A stretch of 63,494 nucleotides of DNA, filler included, from Octopus bimaculoides (Eukaryota), in NCBI RefSeq assembly GCF_001194135.2. It is 10 parts of 9 records of this genome, joined end to end, with 100 filler letters (N's around TTAATTAATTAA, not from the genome) between each part and the next. Parts side by side here need not be neighbours in the genome. Positions count along the whole stretch, not along the records: positions 33,115 to 38,895 come from NW_026363406.1; positions 38,996 to 41,578 come from NC_068989.1; positions 41,679 to 54,428 come from NW_026379638.1; 7 more parts are not named here. One strand, given 5' to 3'. The position numbers and the translations under genes are program-made. Numbering within the stretch: the stretch's first letter is position 1; every line of letters starts with the position of its first letter. The notes under the pieces were generated by a model. The model was given only the letters and a program-made list of their open reading frames with translations. It was not told the origin of the DNA and did not search any database. Of this stretch, positions 38,531 to 52,330 are shown one piece after another.

Positions 38531-38670
38531 GTAGCTTTCTTACCAACCACATGGTTCTGGGTTCAGTCCCACTGCGAGGCACCTTGGGCAAATGTCTTCT
38601 ACTATAGCCTCGGGACGACCAAAGCCTTGTGAGTGGATTTGGTCGACGGAAACTGAAAGAAGCCTGTCGT
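38531..38670 (+). mobile_element. SINE family A lacking its first ~24 nt (including the A-box), fused to the LINE 3' end
   Basis: Sequence resumes at gtagctt.cttaccaaccacatggttctgggttcagtccc; the intact copy at 32842 has ..tgtaa|gtagctt. Confidence 0.85.
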
Positions 38671-38679
38671 TACGCATAG

Positions 38680-38895
38680 CATTCCTTTATTGGACACCAA
38701 ACTCCGCTTGCGAAGACATGGTGAGGCAAGCGAAAGCGAAATCATGATGGCGCTTGTACCAGTGGAGCACTAAGAGCACTGTCCGAGCGTGATCGTTGCC
38801 AGAGCAGCTGTCTGGCTTCCGTGCCACTGGCACGTAAATAGCACCAGCATGATCGTTATCAACGTCACCTTCCTGGCACTTGTGCCAGTGGCACG
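38680..38895. repeat. Degenerate 61-65-bp tandem repeat, each unit carrying a GTGCCA-N-TGGCAC palindrome
   Basis: cgtgccactggcacg at 38820-34, gtgccagtggcac at 38882-94, eroded gtaccagtggagcac at ~38756; shared gatcgtt motif; truncated by the spacer. Confidence 0.75.
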
Positions 38896-38995
38896 NNNNN
38901 NNNNNNNNNNNNNNNNNNNNNNNNNNNNNNNNNNNNNNNTTAATTAATTAANNNNNNNNNNNNNNNNNNNNNNNNNNNNNNNNNNNNNNNNNNNN

Positions 38996-39672
38996 GACAA
39001 AAACTGTCTCTCTATTTTCACCTTCCTTTTCAAGTGATACTTGAAAAAGTTGATGAGCGATTGGCCAGAGAGGTAAGTTTTCGTCTCTAATCCTTTCACT
39101 CAGGTCCACCACACACATTCTTTCACCATGGCCACCAGTATGATGAACACTGCCTTGCCTTCCCTGTTGAGGGACGGTGGTGGAGCAATTTGCACAATAG
39201 ACTCGGCTGACAGGCAGACTCGTCCCACACGTGACAGCAGCCGTTCGGCATAAGCCCACAGGTCGGAAATCTTTGGACACTGCACGAGTGCGTGCAGAAC
39301 GGTTTCGTCACTCTGACCGCATCTCAGGCAGGTCGGTCTGGTGTGTCTCGAACTGTGCCTGTAAAGCTTATCTCGAACGGGTAATGCTTCTCGATAGCAC
39401 TGCCAGGCTAGGGATCTCTGGTGGTTGTCTATAGGTCCTGGCCCGAAAGTTGTCTTGAACAGGCGGGTCAGGTGTTCCTCATCGACGCCCAGATTCTGCC
39501 CGAGATCGTCGTCGCACCTCCCCTCCACTAATCCTCTATAGAACGCTTTTGTGGAATCAAAGTTGCACAAGATTGGTCCCGGACGGCAGAGTTGCTTGAG
39601 AGCAACGCGACACTCGCGGTGCCATTCGCTGAGCCTAGGTCTCTGTTTAATCCACGACTGTAGTTTGGCTAA
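38996..39672 (-). mobile_element. Second Tx1 subfamily, ORF2 C-terminal fragment
   Basis: WIKQRPRL.EWH.ECR.AL..TFGPG..DNHQRSLAWQC..ALPVRDKL.RH..TCLRCGQSDETVLHALVQC; homologous to, but clearly diverged from, 37580-38200. Confidence 0.9.
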
Positions 39673-39692
39673 GAGATAGATAGAGAGGTAAG

Positions 39693-39737
<45 letters not shown>

Positions 39738-40320
39738 GGACAGAGAGATAGAGACAGAGAGATAGAGAGATAGAGACAGAGAGATAGAGACAGAGAGATA
39801 GAGACAGAGAGATAGAGACAGAGAGATAGATATAGATAGATAAAGAGATAGATATAGATAGATAAAGAGATAGATATACATAGATAAAGAGATAGATATA
39901 CATAGATAAAGAGATAGATATACATAGATAAAGAGATAGATAAAGATAAAGAGATAGATAAAGATAAAGAGATAGATAAAGATAAAGAGATAGATAAAGA
40001 TAAAGAGATAGATATTGATAGAGAGATAGATATAGATAGATACATATATACATACATACATTACACATACGGAGAGGGGTGGGGAGTGGAGTATTTGCTG
40101 CACAGTCACTTGACCTTGCTAGAAATAGCTTGTAAATTTCTGCAAAATTGCACCTGCCAGTCTTAAAATAAAAAAAATATATATTAGATAACGTACTCCA
40201 TGATAAATGATATTTGAATAAACGATCAGCTAGCTGGTCGTGGTTTGAGTGTCTTGGGTCTTTGTTTTTGTGGATCAAATTTGACCTGGGTTAACAACAA
40301 TCGGCAAACACAATGTCAAC

Positions 40321-40408
<88 letters not shown>

Positions 40409-40450
40409 GAGAAAGTGTGAGAGAGAGAGAAAGTGAGAGAGAGAGAAAGT

Positions 40451-40488
<38 letters not shown>

Positions 40489-40619
40489 AAGGGAAGTTAT
40501 GAAAAAAAAAGTGTTGTATTCTCTGTGGATATAATAACAAGTGAAGATAATTAAGACAAAAAGCTATGAGAAGTGAGACTCAGATGAGTTAAGTGTGTTG
40601 CTATGAGTTATGTAGGTTT

Positions 40620-40855
40620 TAAAATACTGGTTCTCATAAAATGGGTTCTAAAACATATGTTTCTAATAAGACCATTGTTCTGACAAAAGAGCTGCTCTAA
40701 TAAAATGCACATTCTAAAACAGGTTTTAATAAAACACGTGTTCTAATATAATGTGTCCTTACAAAATACACAGTTCAAAACACGTGTTCTGATAAAACAT
40801 GTTCTAAAGTGTATGTTCTAGTAAAAGTTCTAAATAATGTTGAAGACCATTCTAA
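40620..40855. repeat. Degenerate ~15-20-bp minisatellite (consensus near AAAACAYGTGTTCTAAT)
   Basis: Recurring aaaac..gttct units. Confidence 0.7.
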
Positions 40856-40868
40856 AGAAATTGAAAAT

Positions 40869-41215
40869 AGGCATGGCTGTATGGTTAAGAAGTTTGCTTC
40901 ACAGCCGCATGCTTTCAAGTTCACTCCCACTTTGGGTAATTGTCTTCTTTGATAGCACCAGCCTGACCAATACATGGTTGACAGAAACTGTGTGGAATCT
41001 TGTCGTGTGTGTGTATGTGTGATAGCATCTTTGTGGTTGCCTCTCACTGATGTATTCACATCCCTCTAACTTAACAGTTTGTCAAAAAGAAATCAACAGA
41101 ATAAGTGCCAGGTTTAAAATAAATACCACTGATTGGTTTGAATGGACCATTCAAGGCAATGCCCCAGCATGGCCACACTTCACTACCAACCTTGACTGAA
41201 ACAAAAAAAGAACAA
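40869..41215 (+). mobile_element. Older SINE family A copy (head, (TG)n, tail)
   Basis: gcatggctgtatggttaagaagtttgcttc..aagttcactcccac..gaaactg; tail ccccagcatggcc..tgactgaaacaa. Confidence 0.65.
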
Positions 41216-41538
41216 GTACAGGGATAAAAGAATAAATGCAGTGAAAGCTGCATATTGTGATGGAGCTTCTTAGATAACAATAACCAAATGATGACATTAA
41301 GCAGAGGATATAATATGGGTGCGTTTGGGGGCCTTCTGATTTTGATAGCAATAGCTATTTGATAACATTATCTAGGATTGCAATAAGTGGCTGCTACTAA
41401 GTGTTAAATATAAATTAAGACAAATGAATATTAAGATGCTTAATGAAAAATAATAAAACACATCTACAGAAACTTGATAGTGGAGTAGTTAAAGATACAT
41501 AAATCTACCTGGTAATACCTATCTTTACATCTTTAAAG

Positions 41539-41578
<40 letters not shown>

Positions 41579-41948
41579 NNNNNNNNNNNNNNNNNNNNNN
41601 NNNNNNNNNNNNNNNNNNNNNNTTAATTAATTAANNNNNNNNNNNNNNNNNNNNNNNNNNNNNNNNNNNNNNNNNNNNAATGTATACAAAAAGAAGGACG
41701 GGAAAAAAACGAACAATGTTACACAAATGCAATAAAAATAAGATATTTGTATTTACATGGATATAAAAATAATTTCCACGTTAGATATTTTAGCAAATTC
41801 TGGTCAAAAATTACATAAACATAATTTTTTTTACACATATGCATATCAATTATCTATTCATTTAAAAGCATAATAAGTATATATATTTACAAACAATGTT
41901 TTGCTGTTCAATACTGTTATATCATATAGGAATTACAGGGACTGTGTT

Positions 41949-41981
<33 letters not shown>

Positions 41982-42392
41982 GTGTATACACACACTCATA
42001 CATATATATATACACACACAATGACCAAAGATATTGTATAGATATGTATACCCATAAGTGTGTGTGCATGACGGTGTGGTGTATATGTGATGTTGTTTGT
42101 ATTGTGGCTTACAACTGTTGTAACTACTGAAAGTGTATCTGGTACTGCAAATGATGGCAGCTATGAATATGAAGTTGATGGATATAGACAGAGAGTGTGA
42201 ATAAGATTAATCAAAACAAGAATGTAGAAATGAAATAACATGAAGTATAACATTATAATTATGATGAATGAATGAATGATGAATTATTATACAGCTGATT
42301 GACAAATATTGAAATTATGATTTTATTAAAAATTGACTGCTAATTCATGAAATAGGGCAATAGTCATATGCTAATCTTCTCTCTCCTTTCAG

Positions 42393-42493
42393 TTGAAATT
42401 GTGCAGTGCCTCTTCTCATGGGGTAATGAGCATATTTTGCATTTGATCACTCAGAAGCCCACAACTGGAACACGAACAACGGGCTACTGTTTG
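42393..42493 (+). CDS. Internal exon A of a probable GPI-anchored/secreted protein
   Basis: Branch CTAAT plus pyrimidine tract and AG; donor GTAAGT; 101 nt, phase 1 to 0; (V)EIVQCLFSWGNEHILHLITQKPTTGTRTTGYCL. Confidence 0.75.
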
Positions 42494-42549
42494 GTAAGTA
42501 GATTTCATAAACTGATTACTCGGTTTTGTTTTTTGATTCTTTGGATTAC

Positions 42550-42712
42550 TGAGAGTTAAGAAATTTACTCATAAGCATACAGCTTTTTTGTTCAGTTCTA
42601 CAGTTCGGTAATTTGGGCGAGTCTCTTCCACTACAGCTCCAGGTCAACTAAGGGTTTGTGAGTGAATTTGCTTCATGGAAACTGCATGGACGCCCATCAT
42701 TGTGTGGGTGTA
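42550..42712 (+). mobile_element. Decayed SINE family A head (intronic)
   Basis: ttgggcgagtctcttccactacagc..ttgtgagtgaatttg..ggaaactgca. Confidence 0.6.
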
Positions 42713-42798
42713 AATGTATGTTTTTTGTATTATGCTAGTATCATGTTAAAAGTACTGGTGCCAAATAGATAGCATCCAGAATTCACTATAGAGTCATT

Positions 42799-42945
42799 GG
42801 TGTTAGGAAAGGCATCCAGCCATAGAAACTATGCCAGAACAAACAATACTTCCTGGTGCGGCTTCCAACCTTACTAGTTCTGGCCAAACTGTGTAACCCA
42901 TGCCAGCATGGAAAATGGACTTTAAATGATGATGATGATATAAAC
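42799..42945 (+). mobile_element. RTE-type 3' tail fragment ending in (ATG)n
   Basis: gttaggaaaggcatccagc..aacccatgccagcatggaaaatggac.ttaaatgatgatg; same family as 63181-63320. RTE assignment is inference. Confidence 0.6.
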
Positions 42946-43176
42946 ATAATGATGATAATGATGATATAATTATAAACAAGAGAAAGTGATATAGCAATAC
43001 ATGGTTGTAGAGGAAACTTGTGACAACATTGCTGTAATTCGATTGTAGATGAACGCAGTAATCAACGGAACATACAAATGATCTTCAGGTATTTAGACTT
43101 AATATCTTCATTGCTTTACACAAGCCATTTCATGTGTTGTTTGACAAAACATTAAGAGTTACATGTAGAACATCTC

Positions 43177-43354
43177 TTAACTCTTACTTGTTTCAGTCAT
43201 TTGAGTGTGGCAATGCTGAAGCACCGCCATTAGTTGAGCAAATCGACCCGGGACACATTCTTTGTAAGTCTTGTACTTATTCTATCGGTCTTTTGCCGAA
43301 CCGCTAAGTAATAGGGACACCAGCATCGGTTGTCAAGCAATGCGAGGGGCACAG

Positions 43355-43401
<47 letters not shown>

Positions 43402-43573
43402 AACATATATATGACGGGCTTCTTTGAGTTTCCATCTACCAAATCCAATCACAAGGCTTTGGTCGGCCCGAGGCTATAGTAGAAGACACTTGCCCAAGAT
43501 GCCACGCAGTGGGACTGAAGCCGGAACCATGTGGTTGGTGAGCAAGCTACTTACCACACAGCCACTCCTGTGC
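43177..43573 (-). mobile_element. Full SINE family A: tRNA-like head, internal TA/CA microsatellite, tail
   Basis: Head 43573-43411 matches the 32842 copy; tail 43360-43177 matches 62955-63165. Confidence 0.85.
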
Positions 43574-43701
43574 AATTTCAATAGATATTTGTAACTTCTT
43601 TGCAACAAAAAGCCAATTTGTATTGGGCCATATCATATTAAACTTCAACTATGTGTAAATGATGAATTTAAACACCTAATTCATCATTATTTCTTTTACA
43701 G

Positions 43702-43813
43702 ACATTTGCAGATAGTCTTGATGCCATGGATCTATATTCTGACCCAAGTTGTAGTTCGGACAATTTAATGATAATGAATAAAACACTACGTATACATCTT
43801 ACAAAACCTGAAG
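43702..43813 (+). CDS. Internal exon B of the same gene
   Basis: CTAAT..ttatttcttttacAG; donor GTGAGT; 112 nt, phase 0 to 1; TFADSLDAMDLYSDPSCSSDNLMIMNKTLRIHLTKPE. Confidence 0.8.
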
Positions 43814-44854
43814 GTGAGTCGGCATAAAACAACTTCAAATGTAAATTTGTGAAATCATCAATATTATTAATAAGAATAATTATACTACCACCAATACCAC
43901 TAATAGTAAATGTAATGAAACTATGTCTGAAATGAATGCATTTTACCTGAAATGAATGCATACACACATGGACAAAATCACATCATTCACACATACCAAA
44001 AAGTACCAAGACAGCCCCCCCCCCACCTGACCGTTATCCTATTAAGATTGATTGTAGACCATGTGTTATTATATGTATGCTTAAGCTACGAAACGATATA
44101 CTTGAAGATGCATTCTCGATTGCCATTAATGTCTATTCAAGAGAAAAGTCATCAACTTTGGTCAACACAACATTATCAGTGATAAGATGAACTAAAAAGT
44201 TGACCTTAATAACCACATCAACATATATATTTCATATTCAGAATTATCAAAGGATGGACTAAACTACTCACATTAACTGTCATGACAACACACCCTCCTA
44301 AAATATACCAACACTTCTCTTGACATCCACTTTTGTCTAATTTTGTGCTTTATTCGGTACACTGTATGTCTACTTCAAGCTCTCATAGCTGGCTTTCTGT
44401 ATTCAGCTTACATGTGTGTTCACTGTCTCTCTTTTGCCCTTCTATACCAAGTCTTATTGCACCTAAGCACTATCTACAGCATTGGTTCTCAGCTGGGGTC
44501 CACAAGACCCATGGAGGTCCTCATAATATTTTGCTACTAAAAGTTATGTGCAATAGTCAATACAATTACAATACACAAATTATTTCAACAATTTTCTACA
44601 ACAATTTCTAATAATATTCAAATATAAAAATATAATAGATTTTTAACAGCAAATGCTTGTTATGGTCCAGAAGAATAAAATACGACTAAGAAAACAAAGA
44701 AAACAATGGATGAGTATCAGTGGTCTAAAAGAAGCCGGCATGGGCACAGACATTAATTCTGCTTTTACTTAATCATTGCATTTATTACCTAAAAATCCAC
44801 CCCATTATTATTGCTTTCAATATTTGCTTATCTTTGTTTTCTTATCTTTTACAG

Positions 44855-45057
44855 CAAAATGTGTGACCCAAAAAGAACATACAGCATCTTCTAATACTCA
44901 ACACCAGCAGGGGGAGACTAATATAATCACCGTTGGTAAAGGTGGCTCACACGAACTTATAAATGGTGTGGAATCGAAGAATGTATCCCACCTACAACAA
45001 TTTTTCATCTTAATAATTTCTATTGTCGCGATTATTTGCTTGCAGTCCGGCAGGTGA
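44855..45057 (+). CDS. Probable last coding exon C (hydrophobic C-terminal tail)
   Basis: tttcttatcttttacAG, phase 1; (A)KCVTQKEH..NGVESKNVSHLQQFFILIISIVAIICLQSGR*. The CAG|GTGACT at 45053 could alternatively be a donor. Confidence 0.75.
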
Positions 45058-45945
45058 CTGTTTCCTGTCTGCCAGAGTTGATAGTTTTTGCATTGAAAAT
45101 TAACAGAAAAATTCAAAAGAATATATATATATATATATAAAATTGTAAAGAAAATTCCCAACAATAATATAAATAATAAAAAAAAAAATGTGAAGCCCAG
45201 CTTTGCAGTGGACAACAGGATGCCGAATGACAATGAGTATATTGAATGTTAAAAATACTGATGATGAAAATATCGCAGAGAATGATGTCAATAATGATGA
45301 AGATGATGATGATGAAAAGAAAGATAAATATGATTATGAATGAGAAGACTATGATACTGATGAGGATCATGAAAAATTATCTATAAAATGATAAATATCT
45401 TGGCCACTATGACATCTGAAAAATGGACAATGAGATGAAATTGAGTTGGATAGTGATAATAAAAAGAACAATACCAATAATAATGACAACAAAACACAAT
45501 AACAATAGTAATGATGTTGATGATGATATTAATAATAATGAAATAGTAAAAGGGTAATAAAAATAGATATGAAATTATGTAGCATTATATATAAATACCT
45601 TAGTAACTTTAATTGTGAAAATGATATTAAAAATTGCAATAATAAATTCATAGTAATATACAGAATAGTATTAAGTAAATAAGATTAAACTATTATTCAG
45701 GAACATGATAGAGAAGATAAAATTGACTAAATTTATACATAATTTAATATGTATAATAATCATGCATTCAGATGTATACAAAAAAATAAGTTAGAAGATA
45801 TAAATATAAATACAAATGCAATAAAATTTATCCATAGTACCGAAATAAATTATAAATACACAAATATCCCAATAGAAGACAAAAATTTTAGACAGGAAAG
45901 TAATAGCATCAAAAGTAGGAAGCATTAAACTTCAACAGAAATGTT

Positions 45946-46001
<56 letters not shown>

Positions 46002-46477
46002 GTATGTTTACAGATGTATGTATATGTATACATACACACACAAATATATACTATATTATATAAAAAACATGTATATAAAATATATGTATTATATATATAT
46101 TATACATATGTAAAATACATGCATATGAATAATATATATATTTTATACAGAGAGTTATATAGCATGTATATATATATATATAATAAATATATACACTATA
46201 TATATATATATATCTATTTATAATATTTATGTAATATATATAATATACATATACTATTTATATAATATATATAATTAATATATGAAATGTATGTGTAATA
46301 ATATACAATTACATATCATATATATATAAAATATATATATAAATATATATTTATATATATATCCATATTTATATAAAATATATATCTAGTATATAAAATA
46401 TATATATATATAAAATATGTATATATAAACACACGTGTATATGTATATATATACTTATAAGGTTATATGTATATGCC

Positions 46478-46508
<31 letters not shown>

Positions 46509-47898
46509 ACAGACATATTTATGAATTTATATATATGCATATATATATTTACAAGATTTTATGTATGTATATATATATATATATAAACGTATACACACAC
46601 ATTTATGAGGTTTTATATATAAATGCATGTACACATATGTATATATACATATATTTCTAAGATTATATATATATAAATGTATATACTCATATGTTTACAC
46701 ACATATTTATAAGATTATATATATATATATGATTAGAGAAATATGAAATACATCTGAGAAGTGTATATATATTTGAACACATACGTGGGTGTTATATATA
46801 TATATATATATTATATATATATATATATATTTATATTATGTATGTATATGTATATATATAGTGCGTGTATGTGAATTATGGGCGTCTTGCACTGAAAGGA
46901 AAATATATATATTTTTGTGATAATGATTGTAAAGAGAAGGCTGCATATATAGCGTTCTCCTTTGAATATGTGTGCCTATGTATATATGTCAAAGAAGGAA
47001 TATATGCGTGTGAATGGAGTAAACTATTATTATTAGTGCCATCACCATCACAGTTAGAATCAACTTTTCAATCACAGGATACACTAGTAAATACACATTA
47101 AATATGTGTATAGACATATATACAAACATACATACAGTTGCATACGTTCATGATATGTTTGAAAATATCAAAACTAAGAACTATACATATTTAATAAAGA
47201 AAAAAATAACTGACATTTTGAAAACTTTAATTATTTCATAGGAAACATATTACTAAAGAAAATATTTTTTTTATAAATATAATAATTTTAATATGAATAT
47301 GATTATTAGTCAGCTTGATGGAAAATATGGAAAATTATTATTATTATTATTGTAATTACTAATATGGTAATCATAATACTAAAAATTATAATAATTTCCC
47401 TTGCATTGACCATGATAGTTTTGTAACAAAAAATGTCGCGAAATGCTCAATATAGCTATCAGTAAGCTGTTACAAAACATATACATGTCTCATTGTGCTT
47501 CAACTAAAACAGGATTAAGACAGTTAACAATAAAACACATTGGAACAAATTCCCATATAATTATATACACAGAAAGACATTCATATCGAGAACAACCGCC
47601 ATCTTAGTGCCAACAATTAATATAAAGAAAAATATTTATTTTATCATTAAGAGAAGCTTTATGCTAATATATATTTAATTAGTTTGAATTATGATATTAG
47701 CATAAGATCATTATCGAAATTCTCAGCTCGTATGTGCATATAAATATATATATATATATATATATGCCTTAGTTTTATGAAAAATGTGAAGGTTAGTTAA
47801 GACAGAGTGTATAGAATGTTATAAACTATTTTTAGAAACTAGATTTATTTTTAAAGAAATAGGATAAACATGCAGTATATATATATATACATACATAC

Positions 47899-47935
<37 letters not shown>

Positions 47936-48363
47936 CATATACACATATATACATATACATACATATATACATATACATATATACATACATATATACATAT
48001 ATACATACATATATACATATATACATATACATACATATATACATATACATATATATACATATATACATATATATATATACATATATATACATATATACAT
48101 ATACACATTTATATATATACACATGTATACATATTTATATACATATATACATATATACAAATATACACACATTCATATATATACATATGTATACATATTT
48201 ATATATACATATATATATTTATATATACATATATATATATATATATATGGAATGCTTTGTAAATAATTTAAGACAACCGGAATAAAGAAGATAATAACCA
48301 CTTGCAGGCGAAAACATACGTACACACACAAACGCACATTCATATGCACTCATACTCACCTAC

Positions 48364-48399
<36 letters not shown>

Positions 48400-49027
48400 T
48401 GTGTGAGAGTGTATAAATATAAGAACAAAAGATAGAAAGACTTGCAGTCACGTGATAAGACGAAATTCTATTGTTCAAATGGAAAACGATAAAAGACGGA
48501 ATGTTATTTATAAAAAGAAAGAAAACACGAAAAACGATTTAAATAAAGAAATACTTGTCAATTTGAAACAATACCCACCACACAAAACATAACACAGACG
48601 ATACAACTCAAAGTAAATGAAGATTATATTAATAAACAAAGTGAAAAAGTGATTGAATCATCAGTAAAGTTGTCCTATGTTGTAAAATATAGCTTAAATT
48701 CAAGCCGCATATGTATATTTACACAAATTCAGACACACAACAGACAAAAACGGATATAAAAACATGCACTGACACTCATGAATATATATATATAAAAAAT
48801 AAAGATGTATGTACATTTTAAGCACACAACGCATGCATACACACAAATGTAGATCTGAATGAAGTATATAAATATATATATTATATATATATCATATATA
48901 TAAAGTTCTATGTATCAAAGAAAAAGAAAAAAACAGTACTGAAAGTCTTTTTCCCACAAGCAGATGGCCCTGTTGCCAAAGGACGACTAAAAAAATTGAC
49001 GCCATTATATATACATACACATGCATA

Positions 49028-49061
<34 letters not shown>

Positions 49062-49264
49062 ATACATACACACACATGTATACGAACACGCACACAACAT
49101 ACGATCCAACAAGAGCACAAACAAAAATTGCTTTATTTCTGCTATTTTTATGAAATTTTGGGCTAAATATTTGCTCCAGTGACATATTCGTTTGATTTTT
49201 GTTTCATTATCAATCATGTTCCTCTTTTTGAGTAAAGAAAATAAAGTATATATTTCTACATATA

Positions 49265-49313
<49 letters not shown>

Positions 49314-49330
49314 GTGTGTGTAGATATGTC

Positions 49331-49365
<35 letters not shown>

Positions 49366-49794
49366 ATATATACATGTGTGTATGTTAGTTATATGCATGT
49401 ATATACATATATATATATGAATAGTCATAAACACATATATACATGTATATATAGATATAATTATACATATATTTATATAATTTTATATATATCCTTTATA
49501 TATGTATATGTATTATATATTTTATATTAAATGTGCATATTATGCATATTATAAGCGTGTATTTGTAATCATGCATAATATAAGTATATATGTATATAGA
49601 TATACATACGTATATATTACATGTATATGTGTATATTCATACGTGCATATATGTATATAAACACCAATATATATATATATACATATATAAACCGACATAG
49701 TGTCATATACATTAAAGAGAATTAAGGAACACATCTTAATTCCCCAAATACTCGATATGAAAAATATTGCCTCAGTAGTTTTGTTATATATATG

Positions 49795-49833
<39 letters not shown>

Positions 49834-51056
49834 ATATATATATATATATACACACACAGACATACATATATATTTGTCATTCGTTCTCCTTCTTGTGTCC
49901 AGATCTCATGAACTTTTTTCCATCCGATAAAAGAAAACAAAAGAAAAACCGTTATGAACAAGATGATAATGAGGATGATGATGTTGTTGATGTTAATGAT
50001 GACATTGATAGTGACGACGATGATGATGATGATGATCCATAATGATCATTAATCACTTGGATGAAACAATATAGTTAAAACAATCCTATGGTGGAGATGG
50101 TGATGAAAACTACATTTATTAGGACAATGAAAATATATCATATTGATGACAATAAATGTGATTATGATGGAATCGATCATGATCATGCTATTGATAACGA
50201 TAAAGATGATAATGGCGTCAAAGCGCATTTAAATAATTCCGAACATTCGTGGAATAATTATGTAAAATAATATACTGAATGAAATAAGATGGTACGAAGA
50301 GGAAACATATATATAATTAAATATATATAAATAGATATAAGGGAAAACAATGAAACCGCGAATGTAATCAAAGAATTAAGCCTTAATTCAAAATGGTGGG
50401 TTTTGAATCTCACACGTTTGGTTGGTTCACAAAAAATAAAGAATAAAATGAAAGACGAATTTTTTTATCTGTGGAAGCGAAGCAAAAATAAAAATACATC
50501 CTTATTATTGATGGAATATGTGTGTGCCGTCGTTGGTATGTTACAACATGTTTGAAAAGAAATCACAGGTGCTTGTATGTAAATATGTGCAGAAAATTAT
50601 CTATTGTTTTATTTTTGTATTTTTTCTTTTGGTGCGTTTGTGCGTTTGTGAGCTTCTAAATATAGTGGAATTTAAATCGAAAAAAAAAGAAAAACAACAA
50701 AAAATGAAAAACGAATAGTAATAAGAATATATGTCCATATTGTTGAAGGAAAAATATGCGAAAAATAGGTTTAAAAATTTACAACATAAAAACAAAAACA
50801 ATAATAATAATAATGATAATAAGAATAATAATAACAATAATAATCATAATATTGATGATGATGATGATGACGATGATAATAATAATAATAAAGTTAGGAA
50901 CAGTCATAAGAATTATGATAATAAAACAATCGGAACATGGAGGGAAAATTCAAGATGTGGCAAAAATGAAAGTTTGCATTATGATGCAATGAAGCGAATA
51001 TATATAGATAACACATGCAGCAGATCATACATATACACTGGTGCGCGTACGTACAG

Positions 51057-51089
<33 letters not shown>

Positions 51090-51781
51090 TGCATATGTAT
51101 ATATAATTTCTCGAATGTGTACAGGGGAATATATCAGAAATGACGGGAAAATAAGTCTGAAATTATGAAAGATCCTTTTTTACATTACTTATATATGAAT
51201 ATAAAAATTCAGGATTTTCGTTGGGAAACTATAGTATACCATATATCTGAGTTTTTTTGCGTGTATTGTTCTTTTCTAGTACTGTAGAGACAATCTTTAA
51301 ACAGATAACGATTGTCGCTCTAGCGCTAGAGAATAACCCAAGAAGATAAGTAGTACTCTATCGTTTCCTTAGGAAAATTCAGACAATTTTAGTTGTATAT
51401 AAAGAAAAAATAAAATAAAAGATACCTCCATCACTTCGGACTTATTTTGCGCAACCCCCCATCCTTTTTTTTTATCCGTGATTCAACTGTGAAATAAGTT
51501 TTGCAAATAAAAAGTAACAAGTTATTTCCCATTCAAACGAATCTCTCTAAGGGAATTGTTTAAAGACAAGATGATGTATATAATCTATCTGATCTTCTCA
51601 ATCACCACACACGTACACACATACACACATATATATACATGTGTGTATGTATGCGTGTTTGTGTGTATGTGTTGTTATTTTTTTAGAGTGAGCGCGCGTG
51701 TGTACAAATATATACACATATACGTACATACATGTGTGAAAATATATATGTCTATGTACGAATTGCAAATTTTAATTCGTG

Positions 51782-51824
<43 letters not shown>

Positions 51825-52048
51825 NNNNNNNNNNATATTAGATCAAAATACAAGTATTATTCCTGACACAGTATGAATGTCTCACAAGCTATTTGCCAAA
51901 AAGATATTACATGACGTGTGCAATATCCGTCTGTATTACTGACAGAGAAATATTGATGCATAAGACAATGGCTAATAATGGATATTGTCTCTGTACTTTT
52001 GGTTGTTCTGGTCACTCAGGGCCCCATTGTCCCTAATTAGCATGTTGA

Positions 52049-52330
<282 letters not shown>

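Noticed and set aside
39100-40278. 392-aa ORF as a novel fusion protein
   Set aside because: A microsatellite translation running in frame into a Tx1 ORF2 fragment.
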